NCBI GenBank assembly: GCA_964534375.1
Contig: CAZHPN010000026.1
Coordinates: forward strand, 1-14,378
Source: an uncultured bacterium
Lineage (GTDB): Bacteria; Lernaellota; Lernaellaia; Lernaellales; Lernaellaceae
Direction: 5' to 3'
DNA: 14,378 bases
The position numbers and the translations under genes are program-made. Shown piece after piece: positions 1 through 8,935 of the stretch (its first letter is position 1; every line of letters begins with the position of its first letter). Under the pieces are notes generated by a model, which worked only from the letters and a program-made list of their open reading frames with translations, was not told the origin of the DNA and searched no databases.

Positions 1-54
1 AAAGCGGACATCTTTAGCTGCTACTACTGCGGACTTGTTTAACTGTCAGCGACA
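1..54. mobile_element. Probable terminal end of an IS481/IS1202(ISNCY)-like insertion sequence; the body lies outside the window
   Basis: Two subterminal direct repeats, GCGGACATCTTTAGCTG (4-20) and GCGGACTTGTTTAACTG (29-45), followed by ...CAGCGACA, i.e. a TGT...ACA-type terminus. No transposase in the window. Confidence 0.45.
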
Positions 55-135
55 GTTGCAGAGGCGCCGCTTGCCGCGCCCCAGAAACTCTCTGCGGTTC
101 CTCTGCGGCGTCTCAGTGTGACACGCCCGAGACCG

Positions 136-173
136 CCGAATCCCGAATCCCGAATCCCGAATCCCGAATCCCG
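136..173. repeat. Heptamer tandem repeat (CCGAATC)x5
   Basis: Five perfect copies at 136-170 plus a partial CCG, about 45 nt upstream of the radical SAM start. Confidence 0.95.
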
Positions 174-217
174 CCCGCTCCTTCCCGCCGCCCCGCAAAC
201 GTGTTGAAATGGCGCCG

Positions 218-1666
218 ATGAAGCTGTTGCTGATCAATCCGCCCGAACGGCAGGTCCTGCCGGCGAACTTGCCGCCGGCCATCGAGGCGTTGCGCGGCGC
301 GAATCCGCCGATCGGCCTCTTATATGTCGCGGCGATCGCGCGGCAGTCCCCCGGCTGGCAGGTCGAGTTGCTGGACGCGCACGCCAGCGGCCTCGGGCCG
401 GCGGAAATCGCGCGCGAGGCCGCGGTCCGCCGCCCCGATCTCGTCGGCGTCGGCGCCACGACCTTCACCTATCTCGATGCGCTGTCCGCGGCGCGTGCGG
501 CCAAAGCCGCGGCGCCCGCTGGTCCCGTGATGTTCGGCGGCGCGCAGCCGTTCACGTTTCCGGCCGAGACGCTGGCCCAGCCCGACGTCGATTTGATTCT
601 GCACGGCGAAGCCGAAGGGGCCTTGCCGGCGCTGCTGGCCGCGTGGCGCGACGGCGGACCCGCGGCGGCCCGCGCGGCGAAGCTGCCGGGGATCTTGCAC
701 AAAGACGACGACCCGGCCGACCTTGCGCCGGCGCCGATTCTGCAAGACCTTGACGAGGCGCCGCTGCCGGCGTGGGACCTCTCGCCGGTCGCGCATTATC
801 ACTCGCTGATCACGCCGCTGCGGCCGGCGACGATCGCGCTCACCAGCCGCGGCTGCCCGTTCCGCTGCCGCTACTGCGCGCTGTCGCCGACGGGCAAAAA
901 GTGGCGCGCCCACAGCCCCGAGCGCGTGGCCGAAGAAATCCGCGTCTGCCGCGGCCTGGGCGTGCGCTACGTGCTGTTTTACGACGAGCTGTTCACGGCG
1001 CAGCGCGCCCGCGTGCTGGCGATCGCCGACGCCTTGCGGCACGACGGCCCCGGCGTGCGCTGGATGGCGCGCGCGACGCCCGGCACGGCCGATCGTGAAA
1101 CGTTCGCCGCGATGAAAAGCGCCGGCTGCGACCTGATTACTTTCGGCGTCGAGGCGGGCAGCCCCGACGTGCTCGAACGGCTCGGCCGTGCGCCGTCGGT
1201 GGAACAGACGCGCCAGGCGTTTCGCGACGCGCGCCGCGCCGGCCTGCGCACCATCGCCTATTTCATGCTCGGCAATCCCGGCGAAACGCGAGCCGGCATC
1301 GAAACCAGCCTCCGGCTCGCCGTCGAACTGCGGCCGACGATGATTCATGCGTCACTGTTCGTGCCCTATCCGGGCGCCGCGATTTACGAGGAGGCCGTGC
1401 GCGGCGGCGCGACGCCGGATTACTGGCGCGAGTTTGTGCGCCGGCCGGACGCGAATTTTCGGCCGCCCTGCGGCAACGAGCACCTCTCGGCGCCCGAACT
1501 CTCCGCGCTTCTGCTGCGCTTCTATCGCCGCTTCTCGTTCCGGCCCGGCTACATGCTGCGGCGCCTCCGCGAAATTCGCAGTTTTGCCGAGGTGCGCCGC
1601 GCGCTCGCCGCCGCACGGACGTTGCTGCGTGGCTTTGTCGAGGCGAGGAGAGGAGAGATTATTTAA
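218..1666 (+). CDS. Cobalamin (B12)-binding domain radical SAM protein
   Basis: N-terminal MKLLLINPP...PPIGLLYVAA and FGGAQP of the B12-binding domain; SRGCPFRCRYC CxxxCxxC motif; FGVEAGS, YFMLGNPGET and PYPGA motifs. Alternative start at 209. Confidence 0.93.
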   Translation: MKLLLINPPERQVLPANLPPAIEALRGANPPIGLLYVAAIARQSPGWQVELLDAHASGLGPAEIAREAAVRRPDLVGVGATTFTYLDALSAARAAKAAAPAGPVMFGGAQPFTFPAETLAQPDVDLILHGEAEGALPALLAAWRDGGPAAARAAKLPGILHKDDDPADLAPAPILQDLDEAPLPAWDLSPVAHYHSLITPLRPATIALTSRGCPFRCRYCALSPTGKKWRAHSPERVAEEIRVCRGLGVRYVLFYDELFTAQRARVLAIADALRHDGPGVRWMARATPGTADRETFAAMKSAGCDLITFGVEAGSPDVLERLGRAPSVEQTRQAFRDARRAGLRTIAYFMLGNPGETRAGIETSLRLAVELRPTMIHASLFVPYPGAAIYEEAVRGGATPDYWREFVRRPDANFRPPCGNEHLSAPELSALLLRFYRRFSFRPGYMLRRLREIRSFAEVRRALAAARTLLRGFVEARRGEII

Positions 1667-1670
1667 TTTG

Positions 1671-2124
1671 CACCACAGAGGCTTGGCGCGGCCGTTGGCC
1701 GCAACCAAACGCACGAATCTGTTTTTTTCGGCCAATGTGCCACGCCGAGACGCGGAGACCGCGGAGAAAACACGTGGCCGCCTCATTTCTCTCCGCGACC
1801 TCCGCGCCTCCGCGTGAACCCCTATCGTAACTTGCATGAATCTTTGCGCGCATCGCAAAGAAATTCAGCGACAGTAGTACAGAGTTCATTGTCATGAAAT
1901 TCTCCAAGTTCTCTATACTACTATGGCTCGGTTTCTTGTTTTGGCGTAGAGCTTTTCGGGGCAGCCACAGATTGCGCAGACTTACGCTGATGCACGGGCC
2001 GCGAATGGCGTTCGACAGGGCGGAACACGTCATGGCCCGTGCCGTATCGGCGGCCATCTGCGTTCATCTGCGGCAAAAAACCCTTTGGTTGCGGCCCGAG
2101 GGGTCGCGCTAAGCCTTTGTGGTG
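1671..2124. mobile_element. Non-coding MITE/REP-like element with ~40-bp terminal inverted repeats and nested internal palindromes
   Basis: 1671-1709 (CACCACAGAGGCTTGGCGCGGCCGTTGGCCGCAACCAAA) is an imperfect inverted copy of 2084-2124. Internal inverted repeats at 1741-1767/1790-1816, 1964-1991/2046-2074 and 1992-2000/2034-2042. No credible ORF and no clear target-site duplication. Confidence 0.7.
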
Positions 2125-2156
2125 AACAAGCCCGTCTAACGTGTTATGCTCCGCCC

Positions 2157-2897
2157 ATGGTTTCCGCCGCATTGCCGACATTTCACATTATCGTGCCGTG
2201 TTTTAACGAAGAGCGGACCGTCGCCGAAATGCTCCGCCGCATCGCCGCCGTCGATTTCGCCGCGCTGGGCGTCCGCGGCCGCATCATCGTCGTCGACGAC
2301 GGCTCGACCGACGGCAGCCGTGCGGCGATCGAAGATTTCCTGGCCCGCCGACCCGACGCGCCGGTGGAACTGCTCGCGTCGCCGCAAAATCGCGGCAAGG
2401 GCCGCGCGATCCGCCAGGCGCTGGAGCGCGTCGGCGAGGGCTTGGTCGCGATTCAGGACGCCGACCTCGAATATTCGCCCGACGATTACCCGCGCCTGAT
2501 TCGGCCGCTCCTCGCCGGCGTCACGCGAGTCGTCTACGGCTCACGTTGGATCGGCGCCGATCGCCTGCGCATGTCCGGCTGGCTGTATTCGCTGGGCGGT
2601 CTTCTCGAAAACCAGTTCCTGCACCTGCTCTTCCGCTGCAATATTTCCGACATCGCGACTTGCTATAAGGTTTTCGACGCGGCCCTGCTGAAGAGCCTGC
2701 CGCTGCAGGCCGCGCGTTTCGAATTTTGCCCCGAAGTCACCGCGCTGCTGCTCGCGCGTGGCGAGCCGATCATTGAGGTTCCCATCTCCTACGATCCGCG
2801 CAAAAAGCGCGACGGCAAGAAAATCCGCTGGCCGGATTTCTTCGTCGCCCTGCGCACGCTCTGGCGCGTCCGGCGACAACACGCGCGGCTCGGTTGA
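2157..2897 (+). CDS. Glycosyltransferase family 2 (DPM1/polyprenol-phosphate glycosyltransferase-like)
   Basis: IIVPCFNEE, VVDDGSTDGS, NRGKGRA, IQDADLEYSP, VYGSR, DIATCYK, FEFCPEVT and EVPISYDPR..GKKI motifs. ATG at 2157 is preferred to the ORF-track start at 2085. Confidence 0.93.
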   Translation: MVSAALPTFHIIVPCFNEERTVAEMLRRIAAVDFAALGVRGRIIVVDDGSTDGSRAAIEDFLARRPDAPVELLASPQNRGKGRAIRQALERVGEGLVAIQDADLEYSPDDYPRLIRPLLAGVTRVVYGSRWIGADRLRMSGWLYSLGGLLENQFLHLLFRCNISDIATCYKVFDAALLKSLPLQAARFEFCPEVTALLLARGEPIIEVPISYDPRKKRDGKKIRWPDFFVALRTLWRVRRQHARLG

Positions 2898-2926
2898 CGG
2901 CTGGCGCCGCCGGAAATTCCCGGACT

Positions 2927-3002
2927 TCACACGGAGACATGGCAGCGCCGGACAGAGGTCGGCCGGAACCATTCTCCGCAGCGACTCTGTGTCTCCGTGT
3001 GA
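2927..3002. repeat. REP-like inverted repeat between the convergent GT2 and leuB genes (possible terminator or RNA-stability hairpin)
   Basis: Perfect 13-bp arms: TCACACGGAGACA (2927-2939) and TGTCTCCGTGTGA (2990-3002). Confidence 0.7.
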
Positions 3003-3101
3003 GCTTTCCGAGAACCTCAATGCCGTCGCATGAAAATATCGGACGCGGGCGGGGTACGGACCATCAGCGCTGGCCGAATGTTTTCTTTGCGGGGCTTGCG
3101 G

Positions 3102-4157
3102 TTATTCGCCCCGGACGTATCCGGCGATGAGGTCGCCGGCGGCGCCGGTGCTGCAGCCCATCTTATGAACGTCGAGGCCCTTGAGGTCGCGGGCGATGGT
3201 CCGGGCGACGGCGCGGTCGATCGCCGCGGCGGCTTCGGTCTGCCCGAGGTGATCGAGCAGCATGCGGCCGGCGTTGATCGCGGCGATGGGATTGACCACG
3301 CCCTGGCCTTTGAACGGCGGGGCCGAACCGTGGATCGGCTCGAACATCGAGACGCCGGCGGGATTCAGGTTCGCCCCGGCCGCCACGCCGAGGCCGCCCT
3401 GAATGATGGCCGCGAGATCCGAGACGATGTCGCCGAACATGTTGTCGGTGACGATCACGTCGTAATTCTCGGGATTTTTCACGAGGAACATGCACAGCGC
3501 ATCGACATGGGCGTAATTGGCCTCGATGCCGGCGTATTCGGCGCGGACCGCCTCGAAGACGCGCATCCACAAATCGTGGGCGAAGTTCAGCACGTTCGTT
3601 TTGCCGCAAAACGTGACGCGTTGGCGGTGGTTCTTGCGGGCGTACTCGAAGGCGTAGCGCACGCAGCGTTCGACGCCGAAGCGCGTGTTGCGGCTGAGTT
3701 GAAGGGCGATCTCGTCCTTTTCGCCCCGGCGCTCGAAGCTGCCCTGGCCGACGTAAAGCCCCTCGGTGTTTTCGCGAACGATCGCCATGTCCACGTCGGC
3801 CGGCCCTTTGCCGACGAGCGGGCAGGGCGCGCCCGGGTACAGTTTCGCCGGCCGGAGATTGATGTAAAGGTCCAGTTCGAACCGCAGCTTGAGCAGGATG
3901 TCTTTTTCGAGGATGCCCGGCTTGACCCGCGGATCGCCGACCGCGCCGAACAAGATCGCGTCGTAGCCGCGCAGTTCGCGCAGGGTCGAATCGGGCAACA
4001 ACTCGCCGGTGCGCAAGTAGCGATCCGCGCCGAGTTCGATGTCGTGCAGCCCGAGGCCGAAGCCGTAGCGCGCGGCCGCGATCTTCAGGACCTTCACCGC
4101 TTCGGCGACGACCTCCGGGCCGATGCCGTCGCCCGCGACGACCGCGATGTCGATCAT
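3102..4157 (-). CDS. leuB: 3-isopropylmalate dehydrogenase
   Basis: IAVVAGDGIGPEV, LFGAVGDP, NLRP, VRENTEGLY, TDNMFGDIVSD and FEPIHGSAP motifs. ATG at 4157 overlaps the leuD stop (ATGA). Confidence 0.95.
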   Translation of the reverse strand: MIDIAVVAGDGIGPEVVAEAVKVLKIAAARYGFGLGLHDIELGADRYLRTGELLPDSTLRELRGYDAILFGAVGDPRVKPGILEKDILLKLRFELDLYINLRPAKLYPGAPCPLVGKGPADVDMAIVRENTEGLYVGQGSFERRGEKDEIALQLSRNTRFGVERCVRYAFEYARKNHRQRVTFCGKTNVLNFAHDLWMRVFEAVRAEYAGIEANYAHVDALCMFLVKNPENYDVIVTDNMFGDIVSDLAAIIQGGLGVAAGANLNPAGVSMFEPIHGSAPPFKGQGVVNPIAAINAGRMLLDHLGQTEAAAAIDRAVARTIARDLKGLDVHKMGCSTGAAGDLIAGYVRGE

Positions 4158-4672
4158 CGCGCGCCGCCCCGGGCGCGCAACTTCGCCGCCACGTGCGGAA
4201 TCAAGCCGCCGGCGCGCAACAGTTCGATCATGAACGGCGCAATGGGTTGGGCCGCGAGTTTGCTCTTGCGGCTGACATTTTCGACGGCGCCCGCTTCCAG
4301 ATCGACGAGCAGCCGATCGCCTTTGCCCACCGCGCTCGCGATGCCGGCGCAGGTCAGCAGCGGGAAACCGACGTTGAAGGAATTGCGGAAAAAGATCCGG
4401 GCGAACGACTGCGCGATCACGCACTGCACGCCGGCGCCGATCAGCGCCAGCGGCGCATGCTCGCGCGAGCTGCCGGAGCCGAAATTATTGCTGGCGACGA
4501 TGACGCCGTTCCCGCGCATCAGGGAAGGCAGGTCGTCCAGCAGGTCTTCGAAGCAGTGCGCGCCGAGTTCCGCCGGATCGGTCGTCAACAAATGCCGCGC
4601 CGGAATAATCAGGTCGGTGTCGATGTTGTCGCCAAGCACGAGCACGTTGCTGGAATCGACGAGCGTTTTCAT
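4154..4672 (-). CDS. leuD: 3-isopropylmalate dehydratase small subunit
   Basis: GDNIDTDLIIPA, NFGSGSSREHAP and AQSFARIFFRN motifs. ATG at 4672 overlaps the leuC stop (ATGA). Confidence 0.95.
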   Translation of the reverse strand: MKTLVDSSNVLVLGDNIDTDLIIPARHLLTTDPAELGAHCFEDLLDDLPSLMRGNGVIVASNNFGSGSSREHAPLALIGAGVQCVIAQSFARIFFRNSFNVGFPLLTCAGIASAVGKGDRLLVDLEAGAVENVSRKSKLAAQPIAPFMIELLRAGGLIPHVAAKLRARGGAR

Positions 4673-5940
4673 GCCGCGCCTCCGATTTCCTCGGGCGACG
4701 TGATCTTGCCCGTCAACGCCGACGCCGCGGCCACCGCGGGTCCGCAAAGGTACACCTCGCTGGTTTTGTGCCCCATGCGGCCGAGGAAGTTCCGGTTGGT
4801 CGTGGCCAGCGCGCGCTCGCCCTCGGCCAGGACGCCCATGTGGCCGCCCAGGCACGGCCCGCAGGTCGGACCCGAAACGAACGCGCCGGCGTCAACGAAG
4901 TCCGCGATGAACCCGGCGTCCAGGCAGCGGCGGTAGATTTCCATCGACCCGGGAATGACGATCACCCGCACGTCCGGCGCAATCTTGTTGCCGCGCAGAA
5001 TTTTCGCGGCGGTTTCCATGTCGGTGAAGCGGCCGTTGGTGCACGAGCCGATGAAGACCTGGTCGATGCGGATGTCGCGCGCCTCGGCCGCGGGTTTGAC
5101 GTTGCTCGGCAGGTGCGGCATCGCCACGACGGGAACGATCGCGGAAACATCCAACGGAATCGTCGCTTCGTACGCGGCGTCCGGATCGGCGTATTGCGGG
5201 CGAAACGGCCGGGCGGCGCGGGTCCGGAAGTAATCCAGCACCACGTCGTCGGCCGGAAACACGCCGTTTTTCGCGCCCGCCTCGATGGCCATGTTCGCCA
5301 TCGTCAGCCGGTCGTCCAGCGCGAGTGCGGCGATCGCCGGACCGCAAAATTCCAGCGCTTTGTACGTCGCGCCGTCGACGCCGAGGCGGCCGATCAAGGT
5401 CAGGATGACGTCTTTGCCCGAGGTCCAGCGCCGCAGTTTGCCGGTCATTTCGACCCGGATGGTCGCGGGGACCATCAGCCAGATCTCGCCCGCGGCGAGC
5501 ACGGCCGCCAGGTCCGCGCTGCCGACGCCGGCGGCGAACGCGCCCACGGCGCCGTAGGTCGTGGTGTGCGAGTCCGCGCCGATGACGATCTCGCCGGGCA
5601 GGGTCAAGCCTTGCTCGACGAGCGTGACGTGCTCGATGCCCGCGCGCCCGACCTCGAAGTAATGGACCACGCGCTGTTCGCGGGCGAACTCCCGCATGAT
5701 TTTGGCCTGCGTCGCGGCCTTGATGTCTTTGTTGGGCGTGAAGTGGTCGGGGGTCAGGGCGACGCGGCTCGGATCGAACACCGTTGTCGCGCCCATCTTG
5801 CGAAACGACTCGATGGCCAGCGGCGCGGTGATGTCGTTGGCCAGGGCGAAGTCCACCTTGGCCGTGACGAACTGCCCGGGAGCAACGTGCTCCGCGCCGC
5901 AGTGGGCCGCGATGATTTTTTCCGTCAGGGTCATGCCCAT
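4669..5940 (-). CDS. leuC: 3-isopropylmalate dehydratase large subunit (short ~420-aa, homoaconitase-like LeuC type)
   Basis: MGMTLTEKI, DHF, GIEH, GADSHT, NMAIEAGAKNG, FIGSCTNGR, CGPCLGGH and TTNRNF motifs; Fe-S cysteines present. Confidence 0.95.
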   Translation of the reverse strand: MGMTLTEKIIAAHCGAEHVAPGQFVTAKVDFALANDITAPLAIESFRKMGATTVFDPSRVALTPDHFTPNKDIKAATQAKIMREFAREQRVVHYFEVGRAGIEHVTLVEQGLTLPGEIVIGADSHTTTYGAVGAFAAGVGSADLAAVLAAGEIWLMVPATIRVEMTGKLRRWTSGKDVILTLIGRLGVDGATYKALEFCGPAIAALALDDRLTMANMAIEAGAKNGVFPADDVVLDYFRTRAARPFRPQYADPDAAYEATIPLDVSAIVPVVAMPHLPSNVKPAAEARDIRIDQVFIGSCTNGRFTDMETAAKILRGNKIAPDVRVIVIPGSMEIYRRCLDAGFIADFVDAGAFVSGPTCGPCLGGHMGVLAEGERALATTNRNFLGRMGHKTSEVYLCGPAVAAASALTGKITSPEEIGGAA

Positions 5941-5942
5941 GG

Positions 5943-7454
5943 TTATTTCCGATCTTTTTCCAGGCGGTTGATGGCGTTGAGATAGGCCCGCGCGCTGGCT
6001 TCGACGATGTCCGGCCGAGCGGCGCGGCCGGTTTTGCGTTTGCCGTCTTGCTCCAGGACGATCGAGACCTCGCCCTGGGCGTCGACGCCGCCGCTGATCG
6101 CGCCGACCTTGTACGAAATCATGATGCCGTCGAAGTGCGTCGCCTTGCGGATCGCCGTGCACAAGGCGTCCACCTGGCCGTCGCCGGTGGCCGTGGCCTC
6201 GCTGAATTTGCCCTGCCGGCTCAGCCGCACCGCGGCGATCGGGATAGCGCCGGCGCCGGACGAGCTTTGGTGATAATCGAGCAGGTATTGGTCGGGCATG
6301 ACCGCCATTTCGTCGGCGGCCAGCGCCTCGAGGTCCAGGTCGGTGATCTTCTTCTTGATGTCGGCGAGATCCTTGAAGCGCGCGAACGCCCGATCGAGCC
6401 CTTCGCCGGTGAGAAAATGCCCGAGTTCCTCGAGCGCGTTGCGAAACGCGTGGCGGCCCGAATGCTTGCCGAGCACGATGTTCGATTCGCCCCGGCCGAT
6501 GCGGTCGGGCTTCATGATTTCGTACGTGCTCGGATTCTTGAGCACGCCGTCTTGATGAATTCCCGATTCGTGGGCGAAGGCGTTGGCGCCGACGATGGCC
6601 TTGTTCGGCGACACGTCGTAGCCCGTGAGGCGGCTGATCAGCCGCGACGCGCGCGCGATCTCCTGCGTGTTGACGCCGGTTTCGAAGCCCATTTGATCGC
6701 TGCGGGTGTCGAGAATCATCACCATCTCTTCGAGCGAGGCGTTCCCGGCCCGTTCGCCGATGCCGTTGACGGCGCATTCCACCTGCCGGGCCCCGGCGCG
6801 CACGGCGGCCAGCGAATTGGCGACGGCCAGCCCGAGATCGTCGTGGCAGTGCACCGAGACGACGGTCTTGTCCAAGCCCTTCACGTTGGCGAACATGCGC
6901 GCGATCAGTTCGGCGTATTCGTGGGGCAAAATGTAGCCCACGGTGTCCGGAATATTGATCACCGCGGCGCCGCAATCGACGGCGGTTTGCAGCACGCGCG
7001 CCAGAAAATCCGGGTCCGAGCGCGTGGCGTCCATCGCGGAAAATTCCACGTCGCTGGTGTACTGTTTGGCGCGCCGCACCGCGCGCGCGGTCTTTTCCAG
7101 CACTTGGGCAGGTTCGAGCTTCAACTGCGCCGCCATGTGGATCGGCGACGTGGAGATGAACGTGTGAATGCGCGGGCGGGGGTTCGTGCGGACGGCCTCC
7201 CAGGCGCGGTCGATGTCGTTGTCGTCGGTTCGGGAGAGGGCGCAGATCACCGGGCCGCGCACGGTCTCGGCGATCGCCTTCACGGCTTCGAAGTCTTCCG
7301 GAGAAGCGACGGGGAAGCCGGCTTCGATGACGTCGACGTTCAAACGCGCGAGTTGCTCGGCGATTTCCTGTTTTTCCCGGCGGTTCAAGCTGATGCCGGG
7401 CGATTGCTCGCCGTCCCGGAGCGTGGTGTCGAAAATGAATACCCGGTCTTTCAT
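5943..7454 (-). CDS. leuA: 2-isopropylmalate synthase
   Basis: FDTTLRDGEQSPG, IEAGFP, HCHDDLGLAVAN, NGIGERAGN and FAHESGIHQDG motifs, plus the C-terminal regulatory domain (GDGQVDA...DIVEASARAY). ATG at 7454. Confidence 0.96.
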   Translation of the reverse strand: MKDRVFIFDTTLRDGEQSPGISLNRREKQEIAEQLARLNVDVIEAGFPVASPEDFEAVKAIAETVRGPVICALSRTDDNDIDRAWEAVRTNPRPRIHTFISTSPIHMAAQLKLEPAQVLEKTARAVRRAKQYTSDVEFSAMDATRSDPDFLARVLQTAVDCGAAVINIPDTVGYILPHEYAELIARMFANVKGLDKTVVSVHCHDDLGLAVANSLAAVRAGARQVECAVNGIGERAGNASLEEMVMILDTRSDQMGFETGVNTQEIARASRLISRLTGYDVSPNKAIVGANAFAHESGIHQDGVLKNPSTYEIMKPDRIGRGESNIVLGKHSGRHAFRNALEELGHFLTGEGLDRAFARFKDLADIKKKITDLDLEALAADEMAVMPDQYLLDYHQSSSGAGAIPIAAVRLSRQGKFSEATATGDGQVDALCTAIRKATHFDGIMISYKVGAISGGVDAQGEVSIVLEQDGKRKTGRAARPDIVEASARAYLNAINRLEKDRK

Positions 7455-7558
7455 CCCTGCTTCGCCTCTCGTGATTCGGAAATGCGGCGTATTCGCGCCT
7501 GTGAACGCCGGTTGCCGAGTGCTATTCGCGGCGGATGAACAATCCAACACTCGGGGCG

Positions 7559-7587
7559 ACGGTATCGTTTCTTGGCGGGCGCGTCAA
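7559..7587 (-). promoter_or_regulatory. Candidate sigma70 promoter of the leu operon
   Basis: Minus strand TTGACG-N17-TACCGT, about 100 nt upstream of leuA. Confidence 0.5.
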
Positions 7588-7624
7588 TAACAGGTTGGCA
7601 ACAACAACGAAAATGCAGAATGTT

Positions 7625-7655
7625 GAATGGCGAATGGCGAATGGCGAATGGCGAA
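7625..7655. repeat. Heptamer tandem repeat (GAATGGC)x4
   Basis: Four perfect copies at 7625-7652 plus GAA, preceded by degenerate units AAATGCA and GAATGTT. Confidence 0.92.
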
Positions 7656-7670
7656 ATTCCGGGGCGGCGC

Positions 7671-7930
7671 CTACCGCGCGGTTGCCTCAACCAAGGGCTC
7701 TTCCTCCGGCAGTTCCGCGCTCTTCGGCGGAACCATAAATTCGGCAATATCCGCTCTTCCGGGGCGGAACCGATTCACCGCGTCCGCCTCGTCGGGGTAA
7801 CCGAAGGAAATGCCGCAGAGCAGCGCGAATTCCTCGGGCACAGCGAAATACTTGCGCACCACGTGCGGAAAAGACGCCAGCGAGGTCTGCGCGATCGTGC
7901 CGACGCCGTTGGCATGGGCCGCCAACAAGC
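7671..7930 (-). pseudogene. 3' fragment of a nitroreductase-family gene (5' part missing)
   Basis: LLAAHANGVGTIAQTSLASFPHVVRKYF..PEE..LLCGISFGYPD...VNRFRPGRA matches a nitroreductase C-terminus. The in-frame sequence upstream of ~7930 does not resemble the family. Confidence 0.75.
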
Positions 7931-8461
7931 GGTTGAATGTCGCGGACGTGTGCAAGCTTTGCCTTCCTTCTGTTCTTCTGCGCCGATTCGCGGCGTACCG
8001 TCGCAATAAGAGTACGGTATCGCGACATCCGTTGTCAAATAAGTTGCGATCCGCGTTCGAACCCTGCACTGTACATGCCGAAAAAACCGGGGTTAGGAGC
8101 CCCATAAGTCAGACGGTTCTTGGCCGTTGCCCGGACGAACGTGAATGCTGCAAAGTTCGCAAAAACAAAGGGGTTTTTCGTATGGGCTTGCAGTTAAAAC
8201 CCGCGCGGCAAACGAGGCGCGCATGGGAACCGTGCACTGTTTTGTATATTTCTCCGGTATTTTCCTTAACGAAAAAAAAAGTATAGAAAAAGGCGGAAGG
8301 GTGAACACTTCACTACACGAGCGATTGCGAGCCGCCGCCTGCGGCGGAATCAGCGGTGACGCATTTTGCAAATCGACACTTGCGAGTCTCGCCAGGTCTC
8401 ACCCTCGCAACCTCTTGTGGACTGAAACACTGCGAGGCCGCGCGGCGAGCCTGTCCCGAAT

Positions 8462-8889
8462 TCAGTTGAAAGTTTCGGAAAGGCGGTTGTCCTTCTCAAA
8501 CTCTGCGACCGCGCCGATGACTTGAAAAACGAGTTTCCCGGTGGGCGTCGAGGTGTCGAGGTTGTTTTCGTAAGAAACAAAATCGACCCCGACGTGCCCG
8601 AGTTGGTCCAGGGTGTTGATGAGGTCTTTCAGCGAACGGCTGAGGCGGTCGAGCTTCCAAACCACGAGCACGTCGAACTTTCGCTTGCCGGCCGCGGCGA
8701 GCATCGCGGAAAACGCCGGCCGCTTGGTGTTCGTTCCGGTGCAGCCCTGGTCGATAAACTCGCGAAAGACGCGCCACCGGAGCGCCTGGCGAACTGCCGC
8801 AACTCCGAAAGCTGCATGTTCACCTTCTGCTTGCCGGTGGACACGCGGGCGTAGATGGCAACGGCTTTTGAGGCTTTTTTGGTTGTCAT
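8462..8889 (-). pseudogene. Small serine recombinase (resolvase/invertase family), frameshifted and C-terminally truncated
   Basis: One frame reads MTTKK..AIYARVSTGKQ..QLSELRQFARRSG. After an apparent 1-nt deletion near 8777-8779 the next frame continues WRVFREFIDQG.TG...KRPAF..ML....KRKFDVLVVWKLDRLSRSL...DTSTPTGKLVFQVIGAVAEFEKD. Similarity ends there, so most of helix E and the HTH domain are lost. Confidence 0.88.
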
Positions 8890-8902
8890 AACGTTGCTTA
8901 GA

Positions 8903-8931
8903 AGTGTAGGCGAGGGCGGCCCGGCCGTCAA
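8903..8931 (-). promoter_or_regulatory. Candidate sigma70 promoter of the recombinase gene
   Basis: Minus strand TTGACG-N17-TACACT ending 14 nt before the ATG at 8889. GCGGAAAA half-sites lie directly upstream of the -35 box, consistent with autoregulation. Confidence 0.6.
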
Positions 8932-8935
8932 ATTC

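Noticed and set aside
3030..7538. Long plus-strand ORFs (3030-4703, 4768-5985, 6048-7538) and the 768-aa extension of the leuC frame
   Set aside because: Antisense or alternate-frame shadows of GC-rich leu genes with no protein motifs. The true starts are fixed by homology and ATGA overlaps.
136..7655. CRISPR array
   Set aside because: The repeats are spacer-less heptamers or palindromes, and there are no cas genes.
8155..8183. Possible fifth site, GTTCGCAAAAACAAAGGGGTTTTTCGTAT
   Set aside because: It shares the A-tract/T-tract dyad look, but the arm and core spacing differ from sites A-D. Too degenerate to call.
7960..8460. Short ORFs in the AT-rich region left of the resolvase
   Set aside because: No recognisable motifs or RBS; probably non-coding or decayed DNA.
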